Below, one piece after another: positions 11,778 through 24,769 of a stretch of 64,000 nucleotides of DNA. The translations under genes were made by a program, and so were the position numbers. The stretch spans positions 21,761,504 to 21,825,503 of the forward strand of contig OZ037765.1 of the NCBI GenBank assembly GCA_964035545.1, given 5' to 3'. The notes under the pieces were generated by a model, which was not told the DNA's origin, searched no databases, and saw nothing but the letters and a program-made list of their open reading frames with translations. The DNA is from Bugula neritina (lineage: Eukaryota; Animalia; Bryozoa). Position 1 is the stretch's first letter, and each line of letters starts with the position of its first letter.

Positions 11778-14260
11778 CATTGCTGTGTCTCTTGCCCGGT
11801 CGATGTTCGATCCGGTATGAGAATTCAGCTAGGATTTCGAGCCACCGGGCGACCTGACTAGAGGGCTCTGCTCTCCTGCACAACCAGATCAGCGAGGCAT
11901 GATCCGTACGCAGCCGGAACTTCCTGCCATATAGGTATGGTCTGAAGTGCTTCACTGACTTGATTACTGCCAGCAGCTCCTTGCGGGTAGTGCAGTAATT
12001 TCGTTCAGCGGGTGAGAGAGACTTGCTGTAGTAGGCTACTACTACCTCTCGGCCTTCCTGCACTTGTGACAGCACAGCGCCAACATTTTGGTCACTGGCG
12101 TCCGTGTCTAGGATGTACTCCAGAGTGGGGTCTGGGTAGGCCAAGATGGGCGCCGTTAGTAGGCAGCCCTTGAGGCGGTCGAACGCTTCTTGCTCGACTG
12201 GAGTCCACTGCCACGTCACTCCCTTTGCGGTGAGCCGGTTTAACGGCTGGGCTATGCCCGCAAAGTCTGGTATGTATTGCCTGTAATACCCTACCAGCCC
12301 CAAGAAAGCCCGGAGTCCGGTCAAGTCTTGGGGGGTGACCCAGTCTTCTACTGCCCGTACCTTTTCGGGATCCGTTGCCACGCCGTTTCGACCGACAACG
12401 TGCCCCAGATACTTGACCTCCGGCTGCAATAGAGCGCACTTGGAAGGTTTGAGCTTAAGACCGGCACCTCGGAGTCTCGAAAACCTCCTGCAGACGACTG
12501 ACATGTGTCTCGAAGTCTGGAGAGATTACGATGACATCATCGAGGTAGACCAGCAGTGTCTTCCAATGGAGTCCGCTAAGGACTTGTTCCATCAGCCTCT
12601 GGAAGGTGGCTGGGGCGGAGGTTAACCCGAAGGGCAGCACCTTCCACTTCCACAAACCGTCCCGTGTGATAAACGCCGCTTTCTCTTGGGCGTCGGGACT
12701 CAGAGGAACCTGTCAATAGCCGCTTAGCAAGTCTAACGTACTGAAGTACTTGCTGCCGGCTAGGGCGTCCAATGACTCGTCAATACGAGGTAGAGGGTAG
12801 GCGTCCTGTATGGTTACGCTATTGAGTTTGCGGTAGTCCACACAGAACCGCCAACTGCCGTCTTTCTTCCGGACCAGTACGACTGGCGAGCTCCACGCAC
12901 TATGGGCGGGCTCTATCAGTCCCCGGTCCAGAAGATCCCGTACTTGTCGGCTAACCTCCTTCTCTTTCTCCGGCCCCAGCCTGCGTGTGGGCTGCCGGAC
13001 AGGGACTGTCCCTGCAGTCAGCGGTATTTCGTGTCTGACAATTCCAGTCAGTCCCACGTCATGCTCTCCGCTGCTGAACACATCACCGTAGTCGCGTAGT
13101 AACTTAGCCATAGCTTGGCGTTCTCTGTTACTCGCGCAGCCGCCACTGGCTGTTTCGTATAACTCCCGGAGATGTGTTGGGACTGCCCCCCGTCCCTGAA
13201 TAGGGCACTGAGGGGGTGCCTCCGTCGCATCACCCAGCGACGGGCCTACGTCTCCCTCCTGAACAGAGTGAAAACGGCCCAGCATCGACCCAGCCGGGAG
13301 CTTGATAGGCTCGGTAAAGGGGTTGACACACTGCACTAAGATCTCCCCTTGCTCAGTCAGCTGATTCAGACTGCTGGCAAGTTGGATCTTTTCGTGCGCG
13401 CTTTCAACCACCCCGAGTCCAGAGATCCGGCTACTATTCACCCTGCAGTGAATGGTAGCCCGGGAGCGGCCTGGTATGATACGGTTGCGTACCACTTGCA
13501 CACCTCCCACTAAAGGGCGGCCGAACTTGTCGACGCAGGCGAGTTCCCGCCCGGACATCATCATTGCAGATCTGCTAAAATCTATGTGACATCCTTGCCG
13601 TTTAAGGAATGGCATCCCGAGGATAGCATCCTCCTTGAGCTGACTGACGATGAACGTCTCTTGGATCGTTTGATCACGGACTCGTCCCGTCAGCTCAATT
13701 ATACCATAGAAGGGAAGGCACGACCCGTCAGCTAGGGTGCCGTATTCCCCTTCGTATGCTTCCATCTCGCCCCTGACCCTAGTACTGAGGGTGTCAAAGA
13801 GTTGGCGGCTTAAGAGGTTTGTGGTACAGCCCGAATCAATGAGGAAAGTAACAGCTTTGCCTTCCAGTTTACCGGGCAAGAAATAGCTGTTCCCATGGGG
13901 CTGCACCTGAACTCTCCCTTCAGGCCTTACTCTCGCAGGGAGTACCTCCCTCGCTTTGGGTCGCGAAGGAGGTCTCTTAGGGCGGTGGTAGGTAGGCCTC
14001 GGGGGTGCCGAGGCTAGATTCTCAGCTACCTTTGTGGGCTCCCATCCAGATTCTTGGACTTGTAGCCCTGTGAATCTGTTGTGAAGGGGCATAGAAAAGG
14101 CAGCTGTGGGGCGAAGCCCCTTGCTGGTCCGTCGTGGCTGTTGCCACTGTTGGTTGCCAGTACGCGGTACCCGTCTGGGTGACCTGCGTTTCTTCTTCCC
14201 TGGAGGTTTCATCGTCGGCCCGCGGAAGGTGGGAACATCTGCGGGCCGCGGTAGTTTAAC
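11778..14260 (-). pseudogene. pol: pol (aspartic protease, reverse transcriptase, RNase H), disrupted and truncated before integrase
   Basis: LIDSG protease; SAWSSPVVLVRKKDGSWRFCVDYRKLN, LPFGL..AP and YLDD in RT; LDTDAS, ERNY..KELLA and TDH in RNase H. TGG>TGA at 12713-12715 (SGY*QVPL), an apparent 2-bp deletion at ~12478 (EVFE/RLRGAGL), and homology ends at HRPGKRHSN ~11778. Confidence 0.93.
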
Positions 14261-15162
14261 CCCTGATTTAGGAAGGGACAATATCGGCGGAAATGTCCTT
14301 GATTTCCGCACTCCCAGCAAAAACTGACTGTTTCTCCCTGTGGCGGCGCCGATGGCCGCATGGGCTCAGGGGCGGTACTCACTGGGTTTTGTGGTGTCAG
14401 TGTTGCTATCAGCTTGGCTAGCATGTCCGTCAGTTGAGTGACTTTTGATGCCGTCGCCAACTGGGACACGGCAGCCGCGGCGGGGGTTTCCTCCCCTTGT
14501 CCCGCGGCCGTGTCTGCGCGGTCTATCTCCACTTGGCGGGAGCTTCCGCGACTTTTATGCATTTGATTAGCTAGGAGGTAAGCTTCCCCCTCAGTCAGAG
14601 CATCTTCAACGGTGGTGACTCCCCTAGCTAGAAACTGGTGGTGGAGACCCAGATCGTCGACAGATGCTATGAAAGCGTCGAGGGTGTACCTCTCGCGGTT
14701 GACTGGGGGCAAGTCGCTGTACGCGATCTGTGCCAGCTTCATGACCGCGGCGGCATGCTCCCGCAGCGGGGTGCGGGGATCACGCCGCAACCTCTGCAAT
14801 CGGGCCCTGGCATCTGTAGCAGAGAGGCCAAAGCGGGCCCGCAGAGAAGCAAAGATATTATCAATGTCTACGCCCAGCCCATAGGGCTTGGCTTTGTCCA
14901 TCAATGCCATTCTAAGCTTCAGCAAGGCCACCCTAGGGGGCCACTGAGCGACGTCCATTACGTCGCTAAACTCTTGGATAAATTGTTCCACCTCCTCTTC
15001 ACCCGTGAAGGTGGGCGCCTTTAACCTGTAGCGGTCCTCAGCTAGTTCTCGCGGAACCCTTCGCTCTTCTACTACTTGGTTAACAGGCATTGTCTCTACA
15101 GCATTGTCTCTACGCTCACCTTCGATTGCCGGTGGTTGAGTTCCAGCATTTTCAGTCTCCAT
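14209..15162 (-). CDS. gag: Gag (317 aa) with CCHC zinc knuckle
   Basis: Intact ORF starting 12 nt after the PBS, with capsid-like PTFTGEEEVEQFIQEF...W and CWECGNQGHFRRYC. Confidence 0.92.
   Translation of the reverse strand: METENAGTQPPAIEGERRDNAVETMPVNQVVEERRVPRELAEDRYRLKAPTFTGEEEVEQFIQEFSDVMDVAQWPPRVALLKLRMALMDKAKPYGLGVDIDNIFASLRARFGLSATDARARLQRLRRDPRTPLREHAAAVMKLAQIAYSDLPPVNRERYTLDAFIASVDDLGLHHQFLARGVTTVEDALTEGEAYLLANQMHKSRGSSRQVEIDRADTAAGQGEETPAAAAVSQLATASKVTQLTDMLAKLIATLTPQNPVSTAPEPMRPSAPPQGETVSFCWECGNQGHFRRYCPFLNQGLNYRGPQMFPPSAGRR
14216..14260 (-). promoter_or_regulatory. Putative -1 programmed ribosomal frameshift signal (G_UUA_AAC + GC stem-loop)
   Basis: gag frame GGG TTA AAC, pol frame GTT AAA CTA (-1). 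A 5-nt spacer is followed by the 8-bp stem CGGCCCGC/GCGGGCCG. Confidence 0.7.
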
Positions 15163-15174
15163 CTTGGATGCACT

Positions 15175-15192
15175 ATCCCACTGCTGCCACCA
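15175..15192 (-). promoter_or_regulatory. Primer-binding site, tRNA-Leu (AAG/TAG type)
   Basis: Minus-strand TGGTGGCAGCAGTGGGAT, 1 nt from the 5' LTR. It is complementary (one mismatch or wobble) to the metazoan tRNA-Leu 3' end ATCCCACCGCTGCCACCA. Confidence 0.85.
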
Positions 15193-15193
15193 C

Positions 15194-15498
15194 TGTTATA
15201 ATTTTCTGATTTAGGGTTGATGTGCTATCCAGAGAGTCTATTTATTTACTATAGAACTGCACCAGGATAAGTCGAGTGAACGAGTATATTTTACACACAA
15301 TTATACATTATAAAAACGATACATTATTTCCAAACAAGTTACACATCTAATCTATTTCACACTCTAGCTTCGACTGAGTTAGCAGCGGGAAACTACAATT
15401 GCTGCTAACTATCAACTACGCTAATTGGTTATCCATTGTTCCGGGTCAATTGCGCGACCCTACATGTTGTGCTGCTGGTAGTTCCACGAACCACCACA
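15194..15498 (-). repeat. 5' LTR (305 bp)
   Basis: Direct repeat of 9878-10182, adjacent to the PBS. Confidence 0.97.
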
Positions 15499-16050
15499 CC
15501 AGTAGTAGTTAAACAAATCATTCATAATGATGATTTTCATTTTAATATAATTATTTCATCTTAATTTAAATTAAGTTAATAGTCATACTAATGTCTCATA
15601 GTCATAGTAATACTACTAGTACTACTAATCGTAATAGTATTTAGTAATGGTAATACTTATAGTTATACTAGAATCTAATCTTGCAGTTTCATGTAAAATC
15701 AAATATTTTTACCTGTGCCATTTTTACGAGACACCAATTTTTACTGCAACTATGCATAATAATATTATCATAATTATTCCTATTATTATTAATAATAGTT
15801 ATTAAATTTAATGATAAAATTTATATTTATCAGCGGTAATAATTATTTTATGCTTATAGTTATATTAGTACTAGTGAGTGGTTAACGTTATAAGTTATGA
15901 CTGTTTTTTATAATTATGGTTAAAAGTTCTATGGCCTCTTGTTAAACTGAAACTTTACAAATCGCAAATTAAATAATTAAAGAAACCAACACACGGACTT
16001 ATAATTTTACACTCACAGTATGAGTATAGTTTTATAATTAAGATATTTAT
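15499..16050. repeat. Periodic TA/AT lattice, continuation of the 8140-9877 block across the LTR insertion
   Basis: agtagtagtt, catagtcatagtaatactactagtactactaatcgtaatagt, tatagttatac. Confidence 0.7.
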
Positions 16051-17697
16051 ACAGAAACTACTATTCATAAATATGCTTGTCATTATAAGTAACATTTTTG
16101 ATGCAAGTCATCTACTGCTGTCGAACGGAAATCTATTTAATTTTTAAAATTGTAAATAACTAATCAATTGCGAGCAAAAAGCACAGACTGAAATGCATTG
16201 TATTGCAAATTCAAAACTAGTGACAAAGAACTTTTTCTAATGAGTTCATTTTCTCGGGTAGCAGTAACTGAAGGATAATTGCAATAGAATTGTTTGAAAC
16301 CGGTATTCTATGGCTTTTCCAGGATGATGAATTATGTAACAAAGTCATTCTAGTGAACTGAATGATGCCGCTGAAATTAGTTTATCAGCATATTTTGTGG
16401 ATCTTCATTAAGAATATCTGACACAGAAAGATAGAAGACCTAGAAAACTGGTATGATAATAGCTTGATACAGAGTAGCCGCCTTTAGAGAGTTAGATATT
16501 TTTAGTATGCTTCACAAGATTCTAGCCATCATCACCAGAAAGGCCTGCCCAACCAAGTTGCAGCAGCTTACACCAAGTTACTTCTAGAGCTTACAATGAA
16601 TTTTACCAGAAAGTAAATTCCAATTTAAGATTCACCATTTTACTAATCATTTATTAGTGAAAAACAGTGGTTAATATTGGTTTCAGTTGCATTGCTTTTG
16701 AATCTTTGCTTGCACAATATATTTTAAAAGCAACAAGATGAACACACCAAAAAAACATTTACATTTAATTTTTTTAAAATAGTATTGAATAAGCAAGATT
16801 TTTATCTGACATTGTAAATAGCTGCTCACCTTATTTTAATACTAAGGGTAAACAGTGGCCTGATTATTATCACTCTACATATATTATCATTAGTAGAACC
16901 TCAATTTCAACTGGTTGTAAGTTAAGGAAACATATTAGTTATGCTAGTGGCATTAATTACCAATAAGTTTTTGATATAATTTTGATACATCGACTTATTT
17001 CATAAATTTAAACATTGAGTAGATAAATCACTTTCTGAAAAATTAGTTGTTAGCAATAATAAGCTTATCATACCATTAAGACTATTTCACAAAAGCAAAG
17101 ATGTTATGTTATGTTATGCTGCAATTTTGTGCAAATTGGCAAGCTGTAATGATGGAGCCATACATCTCTCTCTCTCTCTTAACATAACGTTCTACTATGG
17201 AACCTACATTAGTTCCTTACTACCATCATTTTTGACTGCGCAAGAATGTTAATAGAGTCTATTTAATATTATACTATAATGACTGCTAAGGTGTAACTGT
17301 GAGCTGATCTCGTGGTCTGATTTGTTTAGAAAAGTGATGTACACTAGGTGTATTAGATGAGTATTCCTTGAAAAGGGCTCAACTATTGTTCTTCAGACAC
17401 TTTGAAAATCTGACACTGAAGCTATATTCATTGATAGACCACATTCCATAATGTTTAGTTCATTTCTCTCTTGTTGGATGTTGGTGAATATTATTTTTGT
17501 CAAAGAGTATTTTAGGATAAAATGAAGTAGATGCATGCATTTTAAGTGACTAGCATGATTATGCATGAATAAATTATGTTAGGCCAATACACTGCTCATT
17601 GTTATGATATTATAATTTATTATACTTTCAAACTATTTACATAATTGTAATAATTGCTTTCCATACTATTTTAGGCCGTGTTTGAATACATCTCAAA

Positions 17698-20600
17698 ATG
17701 GATAAATTTCCAAGCATTCCAAAACTAAGCATCCAACAGCCTTTCTCTAAAATAATTGAAAAAGCTACCTCACTATTCAATATATCAAATGATGTCAAGG
17801 TTCCAGCTTTAGATGGGGAGATTGTCTACAGCAAAAATAATGTCTGCGTTCACCAAGTTGGTGGCGAGGAACGGGTCCCTGGATACCTGTCTCTTCGTTG
17901 TTCCATCACTGAAATGGTACGTGTTTAATGTAAGACTATACATGAGTGCAGATGTGCTATACTAAGTTACATTTATCTTCGAAGGGCATCTGACTCTTAT
18001 GTTGACTAATTTGTACACATATAGACTTTGCACTGCTAAATGATTCAAATTTGTGTAGATTCTAGGCTATTGTTGAATTTTAAAAAAAAAATTTTTGATG
18101 TGATTTGTTCAGTAGAGAAGATTCTTAGAGCCTTTTTTGTGATTCTTGGATAATGATTAATGACATGAAACATTTTATAGTCAATCCTTACATTATTGGT
18201 ACCTCATGTCACTCTTGGTGACCATTATGTAGTTTTCAGTTTGTATTGCCACTCTCCCATTCTGTGTCCAACAGTTCTACCCAATTCCAGTTCCATGCAT
18301 TGCTCTTCCATATAAGTTTATCCTTACCAAGGTTATTTTTGTTCCCTTAAATTTTAGATATTCTTAAGAATTTGTCATCTTTTTTCTATATTTTTCAATA
18401 TATTTTGAGCTGAGAAATATATATGGTTTTGTTTTATTAATGTATAAATGGTGGTGGTTTAATAAGCAGAGTTGCCAGTTTTAGCTGCTCATGTAACTTA
18501 AAAAGTTACCATCACTACGAGAAACCCTAGAGGTGAGAGTTTTTCAAAGGGCATTGATGACTTTTTCTAATGTGATGTAGGAACAACTATGACTGGATGC
18601 CCTTCCTAACATCACTGCCAGTTTGTACCACTGACCTCGAGTTCTACTAGGCCAACAGACTACAGCTGCTCCCTTGTTCCTCATGTAGCATGCTATAAAT
18701 TTATTTAGTACTAGTTGTTATTCATTTTTAGCCTGGAAAGCAAACTGACTCAACACTCATACTACACTGGGTACCAAATATGACGATACGTAAAAATCCA
18801 AAGAGCGTAGACAGTCCTGTGAGAACTCCACCAAGAGCTAGCAGTGCTACCAACCTAATTGACTTTGATAGTGATACTGAGAATACCAGTACTAGTCAGT
18901 CAACTAGTCTCTCTGCCAGTTTAACAAACCATAGTGCACATTCTTGCGAACAAATAACCAAAGAAGAAACCTTAAAACAGGAGCATTCTGACGGAAGTCT
19001 CCATGGATTATCAGTTAGATATATTCCATCACAGAGTAGCTCGAATTCGGACAATATGGAGGGTTCCATTGAAATATCGACTGAGAAGTTGATTGACTTC
19101 TCCAGTAGCGGTCAAGAAGATTTATCTGATAAGGTGGATACACTTGGTATTGATGACAATGACCAGAAGGTTATGACTAGCAATAAGCCTCTCAACGTGG
19201 AGTCAATACAGCAATCTTTGTTGCTCAAGAGCAGCACGGAGCAAGCAGAGTGGTGTGGAGATGAAGACAGCGACAGCAGCTTGACTGAAGGTCCAGACTC
19301 TGAAAGATCATTCTCACCCGCAAGTCTCTCGGATATATCGTCAATATGTGATGTGCTTAGTCTGACAGAAACAGCTGAAAGCATAGTTGAAAGTCGTAAT
19401 CTCATGTTTCCAACCAATGGTTTGCCTCTTGAATCAAGTGCCCACAGTAAGAACTCTGTGAGCCCCTCCACCTCTGACACTAGCATAGTTACTAGCCCTG
19501 GAGTGTTTTCTGTAAACTTAGGTAGGTGTCTGAGTATATTGTTTAGATACTTGACCATGGAGGTAATGCAGTATAGGTGACCACAGTCTAAATGAATCAC
19601 CCCATGCTCATTCATAAGAGCTAGCTGTGGTACCATCTTCTCAACGCTGCATGTATCTAGCTGTGATGTGAGCACACAGAATTGATGTAGTGCATTTTAT
19701 ACTGGCTGGTTCAGATCTACTTGAAGTATCTGTTTCATATATACTATGCTGTATGTTGCAAGATTTTCTAACTTTTCATCTCTTGACAGTCTGTCATTGA
19801 GCAATGAGAGTATTAAACTGACTGAATAGGGTAATTTCTGAACATAAAATTAACAGAACTTTTTCGCTTTATTTAATCACTCTGGGACAAAAAAAAACAT
19901 TTTTTGTAGGTGCAATGAGGTCTTTAAGACTGTTTTTCTCAGAAGACAGTGCCAGTTGTGGTCAGCTGGTTATAGCTAGTAGGGAGAGTCAGTACAAAAT
20001 CTTCCATTTTTACAACGGAGGTTTGGACAAGCTAGCAGATATACTAGAGGAGTGGAATCTATTTCACTCTGCTAAACAGCAGGTATTCTCATTTTGACCT
20101 ATGCAAATGCCTTTTACAAGTTGGTCATGTAATTCAGCATAATGAAGTATGTGGGTAGTAGTATATGTATAAGATAGAACATTGTAACTGCATCAGCTGG
20201 TCTAGTTCGAACATAACTAGGAGTTTATTAAACTGAAATTTTACTTTATTCTGCATAACTTGTACATTTCGGTTGTTGCCTTGAAGTTACATTACAACTT
20301 CATAGCTGTCAGTTTGACAGTTGGGCGACTGCCAGTTTTTTTCGAAATAAAAACAACTAGATTGTGCTCTAAAACTTGCAACACTACACCCCATAGTTTC
20401 ATCAATGTGTTGGCATTTCAAAAATCGTATTTTCCTAACTTGATAGTCAAAACCCTAATTCTTCTATACATGATTGACATTAAGTAAAGGCTATATGCGT
20501 TGCTCTATGAATAATAAATGGTTTTTGTGCCCTATTCAGTTTCTGAATCTCCGTAACCGCATGGTGGCTTAAGTTAGTTTTGTGTAGCACACTTGAATTA

Positions 20601-23600
20601 AGTATTGTATTTTATCCCAAAATTAGTCATAAAGGTTTTGAGCGCTAGATAATTAGGTTTATCATCATTTTTGTTAAGTAAATCTTTACTGTTTGTTTTC
20701 AAAGGTGTTTTGGTAAATTATTCGTGGCCAGAAGTTATTGTGTATCAGACAAACATGAATTGCATTGACTTGTAGAAGTGGAGACATGGTAGCATTTCTC
20801 CATTTAGCCAACAGTTTCGTGTTGTGAAACCAAGTATTGCCGAGGACGTAGACGTCCACCCTGAGGAGCATCTGTACCACACTCTAAATAATGCGCAGTG
20901 GAAGATGTTTATGAATGATGAGGGACAAATCCTTGATGAGTCAAACCTCAAAAAAGTAATTGTACTAAATACTAGTTTAAAGCTTTGAAATAAAAAAAAA
21001 TGGAACAACATGTGTTTTGGGCATGATCAATTTGTGTCACCTTTTAGCTACAGTTAAACTATTACAATGTTGTTAAAAATACTACTATGTAGTTCAAAAG
21101 TTGTTCCTGTTTCACTCAAAGTTCTACTAAAACACTGCATCTCTACTAATATTAGGCAACTCCTTGATAAGTTTGATTGGTTTTGTAGCAACGACCCTAA
21201 GTGGCAGAGTTCACTTGTTGATGGACATGAAACAACAAATGTCCATTAAACTCCTATACCCATTGATAAATATTTTTTGTAAAATAGTGTTTATCTGTAA
21301 TAATAACATAGAAAAATTGCATCTGCAAACATTGTTCAATATTAGTTATAGTGTTTCATATTCTTAAAGTAGGACTATTTTTGTAGCAATTGTTGTTGAT
21401 GGAAGCACATGTCTGCTTCGATTAATTGTATAGAGTGGCAGCTGCTACATGTCAATAATACAAGTGTTGGTTCACATTGCTTTGTAAAAGCTTCGCCCCA
21501 GTTTCATCCTCACACACAACACACACACAACACACACACACAACACACACACAACACACACACACATACACACACACACACACATACACACACATACACA
21601 CACATACACACACATACACACACAAGTAATATTATTTACTTGCTAAAATATATCAAGTTGTTGCAAATTATATACAACTAACACACTAGTACTATTTGGC
21701 AGACTGTGTTTTTTGGTGGAATTGAGCCAAGTTTACGAAGGGAGGTTTGGCCATTTTTGCTTCACTACTATCCATATGAGTCAACCTTTGAACAGAGAGA
21801 ACACATTAGAAATGAAAAATACCTGCAATACCAGAAAATCAAGAAGAAAAGGTTTGGATTGGTTGTCAAATTAATGAATTTGACCTTATGTACGTCTTTG
21901 TTTTGGTCAAACTATATACTTGGATTAACAGATTTTATTATAAAAAATTCACAGAATACTTCATTTTTATATAGCCATCAAAACTATTTGAACTTTCATA
22001 GATTTCATGAATAAAAATTTATTGAGATTCTTTTCAATTAACTTTCTAAACCATCTCTAAAAAAAAATATTTGGGATTTTTTACTTTGATTTTTTCTGAA
22101 TTTGTATTACTTATGGATAGGATTTGCATATACTTATTTGTATGCAGATATAGACTAGCAAAAGACAAGGCTTGGGAGTTGAGGTTTTGGAGGTCTGTGC
22201 AGAACACAGTGGAGAAGGATGTTGTGCGAACTGACAGATCTCACTCCTATTACAAGGGAGACAACAACTCTAATGTAGAAACTCTAAAAGAGATTTTACT
22301 AAACTATGCTGTTGCTCATCCCCACTTAGGTTATACCCAGGTTATTATTCTCTATATATAGGCAGTTTCTCTCATCGGAAATATGGATGTAAATAAATAT
22401 TAGTTTATGAAAGGTAGTGGTTCTCTTGATTCATATTGATTGTAGCAAATAATTGCATATTCCAAATATTTGATCTCTTCTAATTATTTTCTTGGTACTT
22501 TAGGTTTAACAGTTGTGTAGCCGGCTCTCATGAGAATAATAGATTGACATATAATTATTGTGTATATTCTACTGGTACAGCCATATTGCTTACTGTCTCA
22601 TTACTAACTATCCTGGTTGTTTTTAGGGTATGTCTGACCTTCTTTCGCCAATTCTAGTTGAACTGAAGAATGAAGCTGATGCTTATTGGTGCTTTGTTGG
22701 TCTTATGCAAAGAACCATCTTTGTAAGCCAGCCCAAGGATACTGATATGGATCAGCAGCTGGTACGCTTGTTTGCTTATTATTTACTCATATTATATATA
22801 TATATATAACATATATTTATGACGGTTTTTTTCCACGGTCAAGCCCCATATTTGAGCGTTTGTTTTTCCTTTTTAAATCTCAACAATTTTTCAGGCATTT
22901 GCTAGTTTATTGTGTTTGGTGTGTTTATGTAAAATTTGGACTGTTTTAGGTTTATCTAAAAGAGCTGTTGCGGCTGATGTTCCCAAAGTTCCACGATCAT
23001 TTGTTGAAGGTGGATGTAACTTTGGGACTACTCTTCGTGCATAGGTATAGGAATAATTGAAATAATTTGCTAAAAGAATAAAATCTGTATAGCATTTAAT
23101 TCAGCTTTTTTCTTCAATAAACCTTAATTATAGTTTGCATCAAATTTTACATTGTTTCTACAATATTTATTAGTATCAATTAGTGTTATTGGGAAAGGTT
23201 GCATGATTTTTAAATTTAGTTTACCAGCTATAGCCGCAACTTTGTTCTTATTCTGCTGGCACATGTAATAAACATGGAATATAGGCTAATTGGCAGGCTA
23301 GTAAAATAGTGCTAGTTTAGCAATTGTTGTTACATGTTGTATACTAGTTTAATAAATTTTGATTATTGGTTAGAATAATGACTGTAAAAGTACACACAGC
23401 TTTTTAACTGTATTTTAAACCAAGTTTTAATACTAGTTTGCAAATATAATGTGGCTTTTGATTTATAATAGATGTTGACACTTTTAAAAAGCATGGAAAT
23501 TTCCCATTTCAATGATGTAAAAACTACTTTATGTAATAATTCAAATTCTGTTCAGTGTCAAAATTTCATGAATTTGGAAATTCTACACAAAGCTTCAGAT

Positions 23601-24769
23601 TTTATTGGAATACCTCATATAATTGAAACATGCTTCAGAGAGTCACTTTAATCATAGTGAGGAATAATATGTAGTTATTGTAACTATCTTAATCTTAATT
23701 GACATAGTTATTACTTTAAAGTCATGCAATCCAAGTGATCTAATATTAGTAGTAATTTTGTATATTTATCAAAATTCCAAATACATTTTTACGCTGCTGC
23801 TTCTAGATGGATTCTGCTCTGCTTCAAGAGAGAGTTCAATGAGGAAGATTCCTTGACTATCTGGGAAACGTGCTGGGCTAACGTACAGACCAACTACTTT
23901 CACCTTTTCATTGCTCTGGCAATTATAATACTGTACTCTGATGATGTGCTGCAGGACAGTTTACCTTCTGATGAGATGCTTCTACACTTCAGTAATCTGT
24001 CTCATCATATGAATGGGAAACTTATCGTTACCAAAGTAAGACTTTTGTACCTGAGCGCTGGTGTTCATACAGTTCTTTTAAAATAATAATGCTAGAATGC
24101 TAAACTTTTTCTGGTGAAATTGTATGAAAAGCTGAACATCTAGCTAATAATGAGTAAATCACTGCATTTCTATTGCTCCGAGTGAATGCTCGTATGTGTG
24201 AATTTATGGTTGCGGTTTGCATTTACTTATGCTTGTGTTTCATTTGATGCAACTGTTTCCAAACATTGAATGAAAAATCCATTCCCATAATGCAAAGCTT
24301 GGAAGCGTAGTGATTGAAATTGTAACTAGATTGGATTATTAGTTTACAATCTCCTTCAAATTTGTTAATTGTAGTACTGTACAACTAGTTTCTAGTCTTT
24401 CCTTCGTAGTGTGTGCTGTTTGTCCTATCCGTATACATGAGTATATATGTTAAACAATTCTGTCATGTGTATATTTCAGATGAATGTTATAACGCTAGTT
24501 GTAATGTTACAACACTTGGTCAGTATGGATTTTCTAGTTTAAGACATTGTTTGTTGTAGGCTAGAGGATTGATGCATCAGTTTAGGTTGCTGGAGAAGAT
24601 TCCTTGCACTACCCAGGATCTGTGTTCTTCAAACTCTGCAGGAATGTGGGACAGCGGTCACGTACCAGCAATTGAATGTGTTGGACATGAAAATGTGGAA
24701 GGTTGCCCTTATTTGGGCACACCTTCCGACAAGTTGTCTTTATTTAGTGATATCCTAGACCATAAATAA
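17698..24769 (+). CDS. TBC1D16: TBC1 domain family member 16 (Rab GAP), ~10 coding exons
   Basis: LDGEIVYSKNNVCVH, MRSLRLFFS..SCGQLVIASRESQYKIFHF..GGLDKL, FFGGIEPSLRREVWPFLL, VEKDVVRTDR, GYTQGMSDLLSP, HRWILLCFKREF, IWETCWA..QTNYFHLF, GMWDSGHVPAIEC. Exons ~17698-17916, 18732-19521, 19910-20081, 20776-20955, 21703-21851, 22149-22340, 22628-22760, 22950-23044, 23807-24035, 24560-24769. Confidence 0.95.
18550..18673 (-). mobile_element. Degenerate copy of the tRNA-Thr-derived SINE
   Basis: The reverse complement gggagcagctgtagtct..gcctagtagaactcgaggtcagtggt...gtgatgttaggaagggcatccagtcatagttgttcct matches the copies at 55339 and 55979. Confidence 0.7.
21511..21624. repeat. Imperfect (CA)n microsatellite
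   Basis: cacacacaacacacac...cacatacaca. Confidence 0.95.

Larger units (their letters stand above)
9878..15498 (-). mobile_element. Ty3/Gypsy LTR retrotransposon, defective (integrase deleted, stop and frameshift in RT)
   Basis: Two 305-bp direct repeats (TG...CA), PBS, PPT, gag with CCHC knuckle, and protease-RT-RNase H order. GC content is far above the flanks. Confidence 0.97.

Noticed and set aside
12713-12715. TGA in RT as programmed readthrough or selenocysteine
   Set aside because: It replaces the conserved Trp of SGYWQ, and the same gene has a frameshift and a deletion, so simple decay explains it.
12092-15024. Antisense and alternative-frame ORFs inside the retrotransposon
   Set aside because: Expected by chance in GC-rich coding DNA, and no motifs are present.
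16322-16376. C/D box snoRNA (ATGATGA...CTGA..TGATG..CTGA)
   Set aside because: Only ~50 nt, no terminal stem, and it directly follows an acceptor-like ttttccag, so it is more likely a 5' UTR exon.
19112-19675. 187-aa minus-strand ORF
   Set aside because: Antisense shadow of the Ser-rich TBC1D16 exon.
21409-21681. His/Thr-rich ORF
   Set aside because: Translation of an intronic (CA)n microsatellite.
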